64,000 nt of DNA from a candidate division FCPU426 bacterium (GCA_963738405.1 CAVTWJ010000004.1:33047-97046); one strand, 5' to 3'. Counted from the first letter of the stretch, positions 9,893-19,388 are shown. Translations and numbers: made by a program. Notes: a model not told the origin generated them from the sequence alone.

Positions 9893-11176
9893 ATGCGACG
9901 CAAGTGGAGCCGGAGAACAGTTATGAAGTTGGGTGTTTTGAGTTTGGTTTTCAGTTTATGGTGCGCTGGAAGTTTCGGCGCTTCGGCCATAACCCCGACC
10001 CCGATTTCGGTTCTGGCCCCAACCGTCCCAGCTTCGCCCGCTGGGGTAACGGCCGCGCCCAAAGCGGTGGGAACCGTAACGGCCGCCGCTGAGGATGAGG
10101 GCTTTACGGTGCTTTGCTACCACCGTTTTGTGGGTAAACCCGATTCACATTCGGGGCCTGTTTCCGCGAACCAGGCTCCGGTGACGGAGAAATCCGCAAA
10201 GGCCGCCCTTTTTTCACTTTATAACCTGCCGTTGGAGGAATTTCGCTGGGAAATGAAGTATCTCAAGGATCACGGGATAACGCCTATTTCGATCGAGCAG
10301 TTGAAGGCCTACTGGTTTGACGGGAAACCCCTCCCCGCCAAGGCGGTGCTTTTGACGTTCGATGACGGTTTCCGAAGTATTTACGAAATAGCCTATCCCG
10401 TGGTCAAGAGGTACCGCTATCCGGCGGTCCTCTTTGCCTATACGGATTTCATCAAGTGGCAAAAGGGCTCCCTTCGCTACGATGACATCCTAACGATGCA
10501 GAAGGACAACTGGACAATTGAAAGCCACACCAAAAGCCATTTGCATATGGGAAAGGACGAAGAGAATTATTCGGCGAAGGATTTTGACAGTCTTTTGCAA
10601 GAAGAGTTGGGCACGCCCGTGTCCTTTATCAAGGATCATTTTGATTACACAACCAATGTTTTGGCTTACCCCTACGGCGATTACAACGACGATATTGCGG
10701 CCAAGACCCAGGCCATGGGATACAAACTGGCTTTTGGGGTCTGTCCCGGACCCAATGACCGGACCGTGCCGCCCCTGAAACTGCACCGGAACCTGATGCT
10801 TTACCCCGTCAAACACGAATCCTTCAAGGAAATATTCGAATATAAGGTCCTTCATCTATCGGATATGTTCCCGGAGGACGGCCAATGGATTAGCGACCAC
10901 AAGCCCGCGATCAAGGTAAAGATTTTGGACAACGTGGTTCCCGCCTCCGTAAGCCTGGGGTTTGACAGCCATCCCGCCGACTTTAAATACGACCCCGCCA
11001 CGAAGCTCTTGACCCACCTATCGGGGGAAAAACTTTCCTCCGGGGGCCATATCCTGACGGTCAAGGCCGAGGACGCTCAGGGACAAAAGTTAACCTATAG
11101 CTGGTTTTTCCGGATCAAGCATTACCCTAAGCCCAATCCGGCCAAGGAAGAAACCCATGAAGCTGACGTCTATTAA
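9893..11176 (+). CDS. Secreted polysaccharide deacetylase (CE4/NodB-like) with C-terminal Ig-like domain
   Basis: Signal peptide; LCYH, LTFDDG, SHTKSH, AYPYG motifs. Confidence 0.85.
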   Translation: MRRKWSRRTVMKLGVLSLVFSLWCAGSFGASAITPTPISVLAPTVPASPAGVTAAPKAVGTVTAAAEDEGFTVLCYHRFVGKPDSHSGPVSANQAPVTEKSAKAALFSLYNLPLEEFRWEMKYLKDHGITPISIEQLKAYWFDGKPLPAKAVLLTFDDGFRSIYEIAYPVVKRYRYPAVLFAYTDFIKWQKGSLRYDDILTMQKDNWTIESHTKSHLHMGKDEENYSAKDFDSLLQEELGTPVSFIKDHFDYTTNVLAYPYGDYNDDIAAKTQAMGYKLAFGVCPGPNDRTVPPLKLHRNLMLYPVKHESFKEIFEYKVLHLSDMFPEDGQWISDHKPAIKVKILDNVVPASVSLGFDSHPADFKYDPATKLLTHLSGEKLSSGGHILTVKAEDAQGQKLTYSWFFRIKHYPKPNPAKEETHEADVY

Positions 11177-12527
11177 AAACCGCGTTTTCTTTTCTATCGC
11201 GCTTGGCGCCTTGTTCCTTCTGGTTTTGCTTGCGCAAGCCAAGGCGGATCACCCTCCTGCCAAAAGCGCGCTACTGCGGTATGCGGATAAGGCCGGACAG
11301 GCAACGGTTGCCCTCCTGCAGGGTCCGGACGGTAAGGTCTATCTGCCCTTGTTGGAGACGTCTAAATTCTACGGCATCGAGATTCAAAGGGATGACCTGG
11401 ACGGAAAGATCACCCTCAAGAAGGGGGATGTGCAGGTCAGGCTGATGCTTTCCCAGCCCTTCTTTTTATTATTGGAAAATCAGGATTCCTATCCCATGGA
11501 CCCGGCGGAAATGGTGGGCGGGGAGGTGGGACTACCGCCTGGATCGGCGGAGGATGTCTTGAACGCCTTGTTGGACGTGGATGTCCGCTGGGATTGGGCG
11601 CAGCAAACACTGGTGGCGGGGGAGGTCACCACCCAGGACCTGCGCCAGGAAATCATGAAAGCCAAGGAGTCAGGTCCCAATCCCACGCCCGCCCTTACCC
11701 CCAATGAGGCGCCTGCCCCGCTTATTATCAATCCAGTGGCGGCCGCCACACAAACAGGCGACGAAGCGGAAACCGAAACCTCCGAAGCTCCGCCCCCGCC
11801 CCCCTCGGTTGTGGATGAGGACAGGGTTTCGGACAATAAAAAGTACCGCGTCCGGCGCATCATCATCGACCCGGGCCATGGTGGAAAGGATTACGGCGCA
11901 AGCGGTTATGACAACCGCTACTTCGAGAAACAGGCCACCCTGGATATCGCGAAAAAGGTCATGCAGATCCTCCAAAAAGACCGCAAATTGGAGGTTTATA
12001 TGACCCGCAAGGCGGATTATTACATCACTTTGAAATACCGCACCGATTTCGCCAATACCCGAAACGCGGACCTTTTTGTCTCCATCCACTGCAATTCCAA
12101 CCCCAAATCCAAGGCTTCGGGAACCGAAACCTATGTCTATGGGGCCCGGGCCTCCAACCAAATGGCCGCCTACCAGGCTTCCCGAGAAAACGGGAGGGGG
12201 GATTATGTCGATTTCACACTCAATGACCTTCTTCATAACGCCTTTAGTTCCAGAAGCCATAAACTGGCGGAGGATGTGGAACGAAACATCCGCAAGAACC
12301 TGGGCCAGCAGATCAGAAGAATTTTGACCGCGCCCTTTTACGTCCTTTGCCGGGTGAACATGCCCTCGATCCTGATTGAGACCGCCTTTATCAGCAATCC
12401 GAAGGAAGAAAAGAAACTCAAGGATGAGGAATGGAAAAACAAAATTGCCCGGTCCATCGCTGACGGAATATTGTCCTACCGGGACCAAGTGGAGGAAAGT
12501 GTTGATACCCGACAAGCCGAGCGCTGA
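11157..12527 (+). CDS. N-acetylmuramoyl-L-alanine amidase (Amidase_3, AmiC/CwlC-like)
   Basis: Signal peptide; IIIDPGHGG, E, FVSIHCN, PSILIETAFISN zinc-amidase motifs. Confidence 0.92.
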   Translation: MKLTSIKNRVFFSIALGALFLLVLLAQAKADHPPAKSALLRYADKAGQATVALLQGPDGKVYLPLLETSKFYGIEIQRDDLDGKITLKKGDVQVRLMLSQPFFLLLENQDSYPMDPAEMVGGEVGLPPGSAEDVLNALLDVDVRWDWAQQTLVAGEVTTQDLRQEIMKAKESGPNPTPALTPNEAPAPLIINPVAAATQTGDEAETETSEAPPPPPSVVDEDRVSDNKKYRVRRIIIDPGHGGKDYGASGYDNRYFEKQATLDIAKKVMQILQKDRKLEVYMTRKADYYITLKYRTDFANTRNADLFVSIHCNSNPKSKASGTETYVYGARASNQMAAYQASRENGRGDYVDFTLNDLLHNAFSSRSHKLAEDVERNIRKNLGQQIRRILTAPFYVLCRVNMPSILIETAFISNPKEEKKLKDEEWKNKIARSIADGILSYRDQVEESVDTRQAER

Positions 12528-13335
12528 AACCCTTCTTATCTCGCGGGGCGGGGTAAGCTTTATCACCTTTCCCGGATTAGGGGATTCAGCCCAATTAACC
12601 CAGGCCGTTTCCACACGAGTGGGCGGGGTGAGCCGTGGGAAGATGAAAAGCCTCAATTTGAGCTACAAGGTGGGGGATGATACGCTCCGGGTTGAGGAAA
12701 ACCGGACCCTCCTCCTGAAGGCCCTGGGCATTCAAGGGGTTCCCGCAATGGTAAACCAGGTGCATGGAGACGGAATCCGGCGGGTGGTGAAGGGAGACCG
12801 ACTGCCCATGGACGGGGTGCTGGGGGAAGGCGATGCCCTGGTGAGCGATGTTCCCAGGGTTCCTTTGATGATCCTGGTGGCCGACTGTCTGCCGATACTT
12901 TTCCATGATCCCGTTCACCGAGCCATCGGATTAGCCCACGCCGGATGGCGGGGAACGGTGAACCATATCGGGGCGAAGACCCTTTTGAGAATGCAGGAAG
13001 AATTCGGCACCCAACCCGCGGATGTCAAAGCGGCCCTGGGCCCCGCCATCGGAAGCTGCTGCTACGAGGTCGGACGGGACGTCGCGGATCGCTTTCAAGA
13101 GGTCTTTCCTTGGGCCGGGGAGGTTTTGGCCGGCACGGAAGCGGACAGATATAAGCTCAACCTGGAAGAAGCCAACGCCCGCCAGCTTTTGGAAGTCGGG
13201 GTTGTTCCCGAGAATCTATTCCGATCGGGTTTGTGCACAATCAAAAGAAATGATTTGTTTTTTTCGTATCGGGCGGAAGCCACACCTGAGCGCCCCACGG
13301 GACGGGTTGGGGCCTTGATCATGCTGGCGGGTTAA
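12502..13335 (+). CDS. pgeF: Peptidoglycan editing factor PgeF (YfiH family)
   Basis: STRVGG, QVHG, ADCLP, HAGWRG, GPAIG..CYEVG, FFSYR motifs; TTG start after GGAGG at 12491. Confidence 0.93.
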   Translation: MIPDKPSAETLLISRGGVSFITFPGLGDSAQLTQAVSTRVGGVSRGKMKSLNLSYKVGDDTLRVEENRTLLLKALGIQGVPAMVNQVHGDGIRRVVKGDRLPMDGVLGEGDALVSDVPRVPLMILVADCLPILFHDPVHRAIGLAHAGWRGTVNHIGAKTLLRMQEEFGTQPADVKAALGPAIGSCCYEVGRDVADRFQEVFPWAGEVLAGTEADRYKLNLEEANARQLLEVGVVPENLFRSGLCTIKRNDLFFSYRAEATPERPTGRVGALIMLAG

Positions 13336-13346
13336 AGGAGACGACC

Positions 13347-13544
13347 ATGGGCTGGTGGAAAGATTTCTGGACGGGTCTCAAAAAGGGGAAGAAAGCCCGG
13401 GTTGATAAGCGGAAAGAACAAAGCCGCAGAAAAGGCGACCGCCGCTGGATGGGCCCGGAAGGTGAAAAACCCAGGGCCAAAAAGGAGCCCCGGCGCAAGA
13501 AGGAACGGCGCAAGAAGGCCCGGCGAAAACCCCCAAAGGCCTAA
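13347..13544 (+). CDS. Small Lys/Arg-rich protein with N-terminal aromatic amphipathic segment
   Basis: AAGGAG RBS; MGWWKDFWTGL followed by a polybasic tail. Confidence 0.55.
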   Translation: MGWWKDFWTGLKKGKKARVDKRKEQSRRKGDRRWMGPEGEKPRAKKEPRRKKERRKKARRKPPKA

Positions 13545-13592
13545 TAACCCCCCTCCCCGGCCAGACATAGCCTGTGATTGGGGTGGTTAACT

Positions 13593-13792
13593 ATTTCTGT
13601 TAAACCGACCCTCAAAACTGTTAAACAAGTTCCGAAAACTGTTAAACAACACCAAAAAACTATTAAACTGCGCCAAAATTTCTGTTAAACAACCTCTAAA
13701 AACTGTTAAACTAGGCCTGATTTCTGTTAAACAGGCCTTTTTATTGGGTAAACACCGTTCTTTTATCTGTTAAAATTTAATTTCTATTAAAC
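13593..13792 (+). repeat. Phased direct-repeat array (iteron/centromere-like), core CTGTTAAAC, 21-22 bp period
   Basis: Cores start at 13597, 13618, 13639, 13660 (CTATTAAAC), 13682, 13703, 13724, 13745 (degenerate), 13767 (CTGTTAAAA) and 13784 (CTATTAAAC); each preceded by an A/T tract. Confidence 0.93.
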
Positions 13793-13814
13793 AAACCCCC
13801 TTCCTGTTCATCGC

Positions 13815-15455
13815 ATGGAGGATATATTGGAAAAAAGCAACCTTAAGTCCCTGGCATGGCTGGATAAACTGTCCGCCTTCGCCGCTGAACGGGAAAAGAA
13901 CCCCGACATCCCGCATGCCGAGCTGGCCAAGGCTCTGGGCCACGATAAGGCCATGGTGTCTTTTCTGAGGTCCCTCAACAGTTGTTTTGATCCCGCCGCC
14001 GTGGAAAGGGTCCGGCAGGCCGCCCAAGGGCCCCACCCCTTTACCCTTTCCTTTAATAGCGCCTTGGAACTGGCCAAGCTGAACGGCAAGGTCCCCGACC
14101 TGCCGGGGGCGTTTCAGGACGCCCTGGAAGTGGTCCTTGCCCGCCATCTGGCCAAAAGGCATATCAAGAACCTGGTGGATTGGATTGCCAGCGGCAAACC
14201 GGCCAAGGATTTTGACCCTAAAAAGATCAAGGGAAATAAGCAGGATTCCGACGAACCCGAAACCGACGAGGATGAGGGTGATGAGGAAGAACCCAAAGAG
14301 CAAACGGAAGATAAAAAGCAAAAGAAAGGGAAGGGTATCAGAAAGGCCCTTAAACAGCTTCAAAAAGCAGGCGCTAAAGGCCTGTTTGTCGGCCTCAAAT
14401 CCATGGCCGGTATGATCCACAGATACGTTCATGAAGCCGCCAAGACTACGGCGGGCTATTTTTGCCCCCTCCACTCACGTTCCAGCCGAAATCATGATTC
14501 CTCTACCAGGCCAAACCTCTTTAGGTTCCTGGGCCATTGGGGGCTCTACTGGTTTTGCGTCTTTTTTGCCTATAGCGGTATCGTCGGCCTCCTCAGTTAC
14601 ATCGGGCACTTTATCCCCTTCGTGGGCCCCTGGATCGACAGCGCCTGGGCGTTCCTGGTCCACCTGCTGATCCGCCTGCCCTTTTGGCTCTTGCGCCAGA
14701 TATTTGCCAAGCCCTGGCTGGTTTTCATCCTTGGCGTGGCTTTGGTTTGGTGGATTCACAAGGAATTCAAGGCCGGGTTATTGGCCACCCTTGTCGTCGC
14801 CGCCCTGTTGGCGGCGGGATGGATTTTTAGGGGAGTATGGGGGCCCTATCTGTCATCGATTGTTTCAATTTCATCACCGAAGACCGTGGAAGTACCCGTC
14901 TCCACAAAGACCTCACAACCAGCCGTCCCAGCGGTTTCGGCGATCATTTCAAAGATCGAGCCGAAGCTTACTGCAAAAAAGCCTAAAAAGCCCCTGTCTC
15001 CCGTAGCCTTGGCAAAGGGAGATAACTCGGGGGTCTTAGTTATTCCACCCGAGTCCCAGCCCAGGGTTCAGCAAGAATCGTTGTTCGTAAATGGCTTCAT
15101 TGGTGATCTTTTCGGGCCCAGCTACCACGACCTTCAGGGTTGGATGGGGAATCTGCAAAGCGAAATCACGCCAGGCTATTGGGACCAGTTTGTTTACGAA
15201 AATTACCCGCCCGCCAAGATGCAGGAAATCCAAGACAAGAAATATTTGGTTTTCTTCAAACTCTCAGATCCCGTGAAATGCGTGAGGGCGGACGTGTTAT
15301 TGGACGAGTTTCAGGTGGAAGGGGTGGTGACCACCAAAAGCGACCTGCATTATCAGGGGGAGGTGGTTTCCACCGTGCCCGTGACCGTAATTGTGGATGT
15401 GCGCCAGGGCCTGAAGGGCCTGGAAGTTTGCAAGGTTGATAGAGTCCGACCATGA
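13815..15455 (+). CDS. Membrane-anchored ParB/KorB-like HTH protein with putative extracytoplasmic C-terminal domain
   Basis: PHAELAKALGHDKAMVSFLRSL...LSFNSALELAKL resembles the ParB/Spo0J HTH region; acidic/basic linker; several hydrophobic helices at about aa 235-345; C-terminal alpha/beta domain. Confidence 0.7.
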   Translation: MEDILEKSNLKSLAWLDKLSAFAAEREKNPDIPHAELAKALGHDKAMVSFLRSLNSCFDPAAVERVRQAAQGPHPFTLSFNSALELAKLNGKVPDLPGAFQDALEVVLARHLAKRHIKNLVDWIASGKPAKDFDPKKIKGNKQDSDEPETDEDEGDEEEPKEQTEDKKQKKGKGIRKALKQLQKAGAKGLFVGLKSMAGMIHRYVHEAAKTTAGYFCPLHSRSSRNHDSSTRPNLFRFLGHWGLYWFCVFFAYSGIVGLLSYIGHFIPFVGPWIDSAWAFLVHLLIRLPFWLLRQIFAKPWLVFILGVALVWWIHKEFKAGLLATLVVAALLAAGWIFRGVWGPYLSSIVSISSPKTVEVPVSTKTSQPAVPAVSAIISKIEPKLTAKKPKKPLSPVALAKGDNSGVLVIPPESQPRVQQESLFVNGFIGDLFGPSYHDLQGWMGNLQSEITPGYWDQFVYENYPPAKMQEIQDKKYLVFFKLSDPVKCVRADVLLDEFQVEGVVTTKSDLHYQGEVVSTVPVTVIVDVRQGLKGLEVCKVDRVRP

Positions 15456-15530
15456 AAGGCCGGAGTTAATTATTGGGCGGGGATATAATCCTAAAGTGAA
15501 TCATATCTCCTGTGATTTTAGCTTAAGGTG

Positions 15531-15560
15531 TTGTCCACGATGGGGAGCCATCGTGGACAA
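15531..15560. repeat. Palindromic hairpin repeat, copy 1
   Basis: TTGTCCACGATGG-GGAG-CCATCGTGGACAA, perfect stem. Confidence 0.92.
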
Positions 15561-15668
15561 AGAAAAACGCTTGTAATACTGTTTTGATACGGTTGGCCTT
15601 GTCCTGTTTTTATGACAGAAATTGAGTCGGTGGCCAACTCTTTAGATTAATTATTATGAGGCTGATGG

Positions 15669-16541
15669 ATGACCGAAGCACCTTTGGCGGAAAAAATTGA
15701 ATTCGTCCGGTCCGAGGACCTTGCGGGCATTGAAATATTGCGGGCCGACAATACCAAGCATTGTTTCCGGTGGTTTCACCAGACCTACTCCGTCAATACG
15801 CCTTTGAATTACCAAGCCCCCGATTACCACCAATTCAAGTATCGCGGGAAAAGCTTCACGGGGTTTCCGGGAGAGACCATGATGCTCGAACCCGGGGAAA
15901 TCCACAGCGCCACTTACTTATCGAACCCGGTTACTTTTCGGGTCATCATGATTCCACCCGTAATCCTCGAACAATGCGCCTTGGAATTGGACGTCCGGGG
16001 TTCCAGGCCCCATTTAAAAACAGCGCTCTCGGACGATTCGGTTCTCTTTAAGGCCTTCCGGAATCTTCACGCCAGCATCGAAACGGATTGCACGGCCTTG
16101 GAACGTCAGTCCCGTTTTGTCTATTGCGTCAGGCATCTATTGAGGGCGGCGGCGGAAATAATTCCGAAACCCCCTCCCGCCGAAAGAAGTTTAAAGAAGG
16201 TTAAGAAGGCGGTGGAATTCTTGAAAACCCATTGGGCCGAAAATATTACACTCGACCAACTCGTCAAGGTCGTGGGTCTTAACCGATTTTATCTCTCCCG
16301 GGTTTTCACCCGGGAAATGGGAATTCCTCCGCATGCCTTCCAGATTCAATTGCGGATTGCCCGGGTCCGGGAATTCTTGAAAATGGGCGTTCCTATTTCC
16401 GAAATCGCCCTCGCTGCGGGTTTTACCGACCAATCCCATATGGACCGCCATTTCAAGAAAATTACGGGGACAACGCCCGCCCGTTATGCCGGACTAAGAT
16501 TGAAGACAAAGACCAGGGCAATAACGTCCTATAGTTTGTAA
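15669..16541 (+). CDS. AraC-family transcriptional regulator
   Basis: N-terminal cupin-like domain (PGEIHS); C-terminal double HTH (LSRVF..MGIPPH; IALAAGFTDQSHMDRHFKK..GTTP). Confidence 0.93.
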   Translation: MTEAPLAEKIEFVRSEDLAGIEILRADNTKHCFRWFHQTYSVNTPLNYQAPDYHQFKYRGKSFTGFPGETMMLEPGEIHSATYLSNPVTFRVIMIPPVILEQCALELDVRGSRPHLKTALSDDSVLFKAFRNLHASIETDCTALERQSRFVYCVRHLLRAAAEIIPKPPPAERSLKKVKKAVEFLKTHWAENITLDQLVKVVGLNRFYLSRVFTREMGIPPHAFQIQLRIARVREFLKMGVPISEIALAAGFTDQSHMDRHFKKITGTTPARYAGLRLKTKTRAITSYSL

Positions 16542-16603
16542 ATCCTTCTCCCTAGACTTCCAATGTCTCCAGTTAAAACGGAATTTTTGAGTGAGGGGTT
16601 ATC

Positions 16604-19339
16604 ATGAAGAATCAGTCCTTGTTGATTACGATCGGGCTTTTGTTTTTTGCAGCTTGCTTCTATATTTCCTGCGGAAGCGGCAGTCCCACGGCGCCGGCCC
16701 CCACCCCCGTTCCCGTGCCCACCGATACCCCTTGCGGTTATCCGGGCAATACCTGCACAGTGACCTCCACCTTTACCTCGACCGATACGCCTACCTCGAC
16801 CCATACGGCCACGACCACTTATTCGCCCACCCAAACCAATACCCCGACCCAAACCTTCACCTGGACGGTCACGAAAACCCCGACGGACACCTTTACGTCA
16901 ACTTCCACCTTTACGATAACGGATACACCGACAATAACGGATACACCCACCCACACCCACACCTACACCTTCACCTTCAGCCCCACGGAAACCAGGACTT
17001 CGACGGAAACCTTCACACCGTCCGATACCCCTACGATTACGGATACCCCCACCGTATCCAACACGCCCACCGTGACCAATACCCTGACCAGTACTACCAC
17101 GCCCACTGTCACGAACACGGTGACCTGCACGAACACCCCGACCAACACTTCCCAATATTCCTCTACCTATACACCCACGATCACTCGCACGGCCACGATC
17201 ACCTTAAGTCCCACCAATACCTCCACGTCCACGCCAGTGGGTATTTTCGTCAGCGGTTCGGTGACCTACACGGGGGCGGGAACCGTCTCGTCGGCCAACC
17301 CCATCGTGATTATCGCCTCCAATCCCCTGGCAACGAACGGGATGCCCGAAACGGTTATCACCACAAACGGAGGCTCTTATTCTTTCGCGGTGACCGGTGG
17401 GAATAATTCCATCGTCTGCTGGTACTCGAACAAAGCGCCGCTCAATTGCCTGACGAATGGCGGGGCCCCAGAGCAGGGGAATTACATGGGCTGGTACAAC
17501 GGGGGCGCCCAGCCAGTCACGATCAATATCACTTCCAGTACTTCCAACATCAACGTCACGATTGGTTCGGGCAGCGCCCTCCAGGGGGTTGCCGGGCCGG
17601 TGAGTTACCTGGGATTGAACAGCGTCGATAACAACCACCCGGTGATCGTGGAACTCTTCAAGGACAGCGGCTACAGCACCCTGGACCAGTCGATGGGCCC
17701 GGGCGAGGAAGAGTTCAGCTGTGCCCATTCGACTTACAACTTCGCCTCCAGCAACAACGGGTCGACCGAATACCTGCTGGCTTTCCAGGACAACGCGGGT
17801 ACGGGCCGCGTGAACGCCGCCAGTCAGGTTCCCGGCGGGGACCCGATGGTTTTGGCCGGATCCGTGGTGATTGGTACCTCAACGACCAAGAATATCGCTT
17901 TTCCCACTTCCACGCCGACCATGACGGTCACCTCCACCCCGATCCCCGCCCCCTACGTCTTCAAGGGAACGATCCATTACACCGGCGCAAAAAGCACTGC
18001 GGGCCAATACCTATTGATGATGGCCACCACCTGCATCAGCTGCGGCGGCAACGATATGGTCACTTGGTCCACCCCGGGAACCTCGAGCGCGGTTTCCTAT
18101 ACCCTCAACCTGCCCTCCACCGGCAGTTACGTGGTCATGGGCATGTTGTCCAATGATCCGGTCATGAACGGGCCGCCGCCGGTGGGCGCGCCTTACGGAT
18201 TCTACGGAACAGGCACTGTTTGTTTGGGAGGAACACCCACGACCCTGGCCGTGAACGGGCCTACCACGCAGACTGCCAACATGTCTTTTGGGGACAGCTG
18301 CGAACTGAATGGTGTTTCGGGGACCATCAGCTACACCGGCGCGGGCTCAGTGGGCAGTAATGGTAACTCGCTGTATGTGACGGCTTATACGGATTCAAGC
18401 TACTCGACTCAGATTTCGGGACCCGGAAACAACTCCGTGACGGTGAATGGGGGCACTTATAACGTGATCAACACCGGCGGCGCCCCCACTACCGTCTATC
18501 TCCAGGCTTATTACGGGTCCGACAATAACAACGCCCCGGCAACCTGTGACGCGGTGACCAATTTAGGCCCGGTGGCCTTCAACACCACCACGACCACCAA
18601 AAATATCACGCTTTCCGACGCCTTCCTCTACAACTGCACGAACACCCTCTCGGGCACCGTCAATTGGACAGGGGCCGGCACGGTCAACACGTCCGATCCC
18701 ATCGTCGTGCATGCCGTCCTTTGCCCCAGCGGGGATTGCAACAACCAAACGAACTACTCTTGCGCAGTGACCCAAAACGGCGGGAACTATTTCGTGGGTT
18801 TTCCCGCAGCGGGATCCGTTTACGTTTCTGAGGAATACGTGGCCACGGGAAGGATTTGGAACAATTGGGATTACAACATCGGAAGCTACGCCGAAAATGC
18901 CGATGGAACTTGTTCCATCGAGACCGGCAATAATGGAAACCCCGTCATCGTCAGCGGAGCCGCCGTTTCAAACCTGAGTTTCGGTTCCAGTTGTGGACAA
19001 CTCCAGGGTTATACCGGAACCGTGACCTATAACGGTTCCAAGGGCGCCCCGACTTGCAATGGAAACCCCGGACGCCAAATTTGGGTCTCGGCCACGTATG
19101 GAAACAGTAAAAACGAGTTTTCCTATTGGGATACTAGCGTATGCAATAACGGTGACACCTATAAGATCATCTATGGAACAACGAGCGCGAGTCTATATTT
19201 GAGGGTCTGGTTTGATGACCAGGGTACGGGTGACCACCAGCCGCAGACCGGCGAGTCTGGGACCGTAGTGGGTCCCTACGTTACGAGCACCAACCCAACC
19301 TCTATCAACATTTCCTTTGATGATTCCCAAACCTGGTAA
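16604..19339 (+). CDS. Large secreted/lipoprotein with Thr-Pro stalk and repeated Cys-containing Ig-like modules
   Basis: Signal peptide ending YISC; about 180-aa Thr/Pro tract; recurring (S)G(T/S)VxYTG module starts. Confidence 0.85.
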   Translation: MKNQSLLITIGLLFFAACFYISCGSGSPTAPAPTPVPVPTDTPCGYPGNTCTVTSTFTSTDTPTSTHTATTTYSPTQTNTPTQTFTWTVTKTPTDTFTSTSTFTITDTPTITDTPTHTHTYTFTFSPTETRTSTETFTPSDTPTITDTPTVSNTPTVTNTLTSTTTPTVTNTVTCTNTPTNTSQYSSTYTPTITRTATITLSPTNTSTSTPVGIFVSGSVTYTGAGTVSSANPIVIIASNPLATNGMPETVITTNGGSYSFAVTGGNNSIVCWYSNKAPLNCLTNGGAPEQGNYMGWYNGGAQPVTINITSSTSNINVTIGSGSALQGVAGPVSYLGLNSVDNNHPVIVELFKDSGYSTLDQSMGPGEEEFSCAHSTYNFASSNNGSTEYLLAFQDNAGTGRVNAASQVPGGDPMVLAGSVVIGTSTTKNIAFPTSTPTMTVTSTPIPAPYVFKGTIHYTGAKSTAGQYLLMMATTCISCGGNDMVTWSTPGTSSAVSYTLNLPSTGSYVVMGMLSNDPVMNGPPPVGAPYGFYGTGTVCLGGTPTTLAVNGPTTQTANMSFGDSCELNGVSGTISYTGAGSVGSNGNSLYVTAYTDSSYSTQISGPGNNSVTVNGGTYNVINTGGAPTTVYLQAYYGSDNNNAPATCDAVTNLGPVAFNTTTTTKNITLSDAFLYNCTNTLSGTVNWTGAGTVNTSDPIVVHAVLCPSGDCNNQTNYSCAVTQNGGNYFVGFPAAGSVYVSEEYVATGRIWNNWDYNIGSYAENADGTCSIETGNNGNPVIVSGAAVSNLSFGSSCGQLQGYTGTVTYNGSKGAPTCNGNPGRQIWVSATYGNSKNEFSYWDTSVCNNGDTYKIIYGTTSASLYLRVWFDDQGTGDHQPQTGESGTVVGPYVTSTNPTSINISFDDSQTW

Positions 19340-19350
19340 AAGCTTTTGGC

Positions 19351-19388
19351 AAAAAGGCCCGTCCCTTCATTGGGACGGGCCTTTTTTT
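19351..19388. terminator. Bidirectional intrinsic terminator
   Basis: AAAAAGGCCCGTCCC-TTCATT-GGGACGGGCCTTTTTTT just after the stop at 19339. Confidence 0.92.

Noticed and set aside
12376..12501. N-terminal extension of pgeF
   Set aside because: Lies within the amidase CDS; GGAGG at 12491 points to a start at 12499 or 12502
13593..13792. CRISPR or guide-RNA array interpretation of the phased repeats
   Set aside because: Repeat core (9-13 bp) and variable part (about 8 bp) are far shorter than CRISPR units, no cas-like gene is nearby, and the two-turn period fits protein-binding sites better
16591..17406. 271-aa His-rich ORF
   Set aside because: Frame-shift shadow of the ACC/ACG Thr-Pro codons of the 16604-19339 gene
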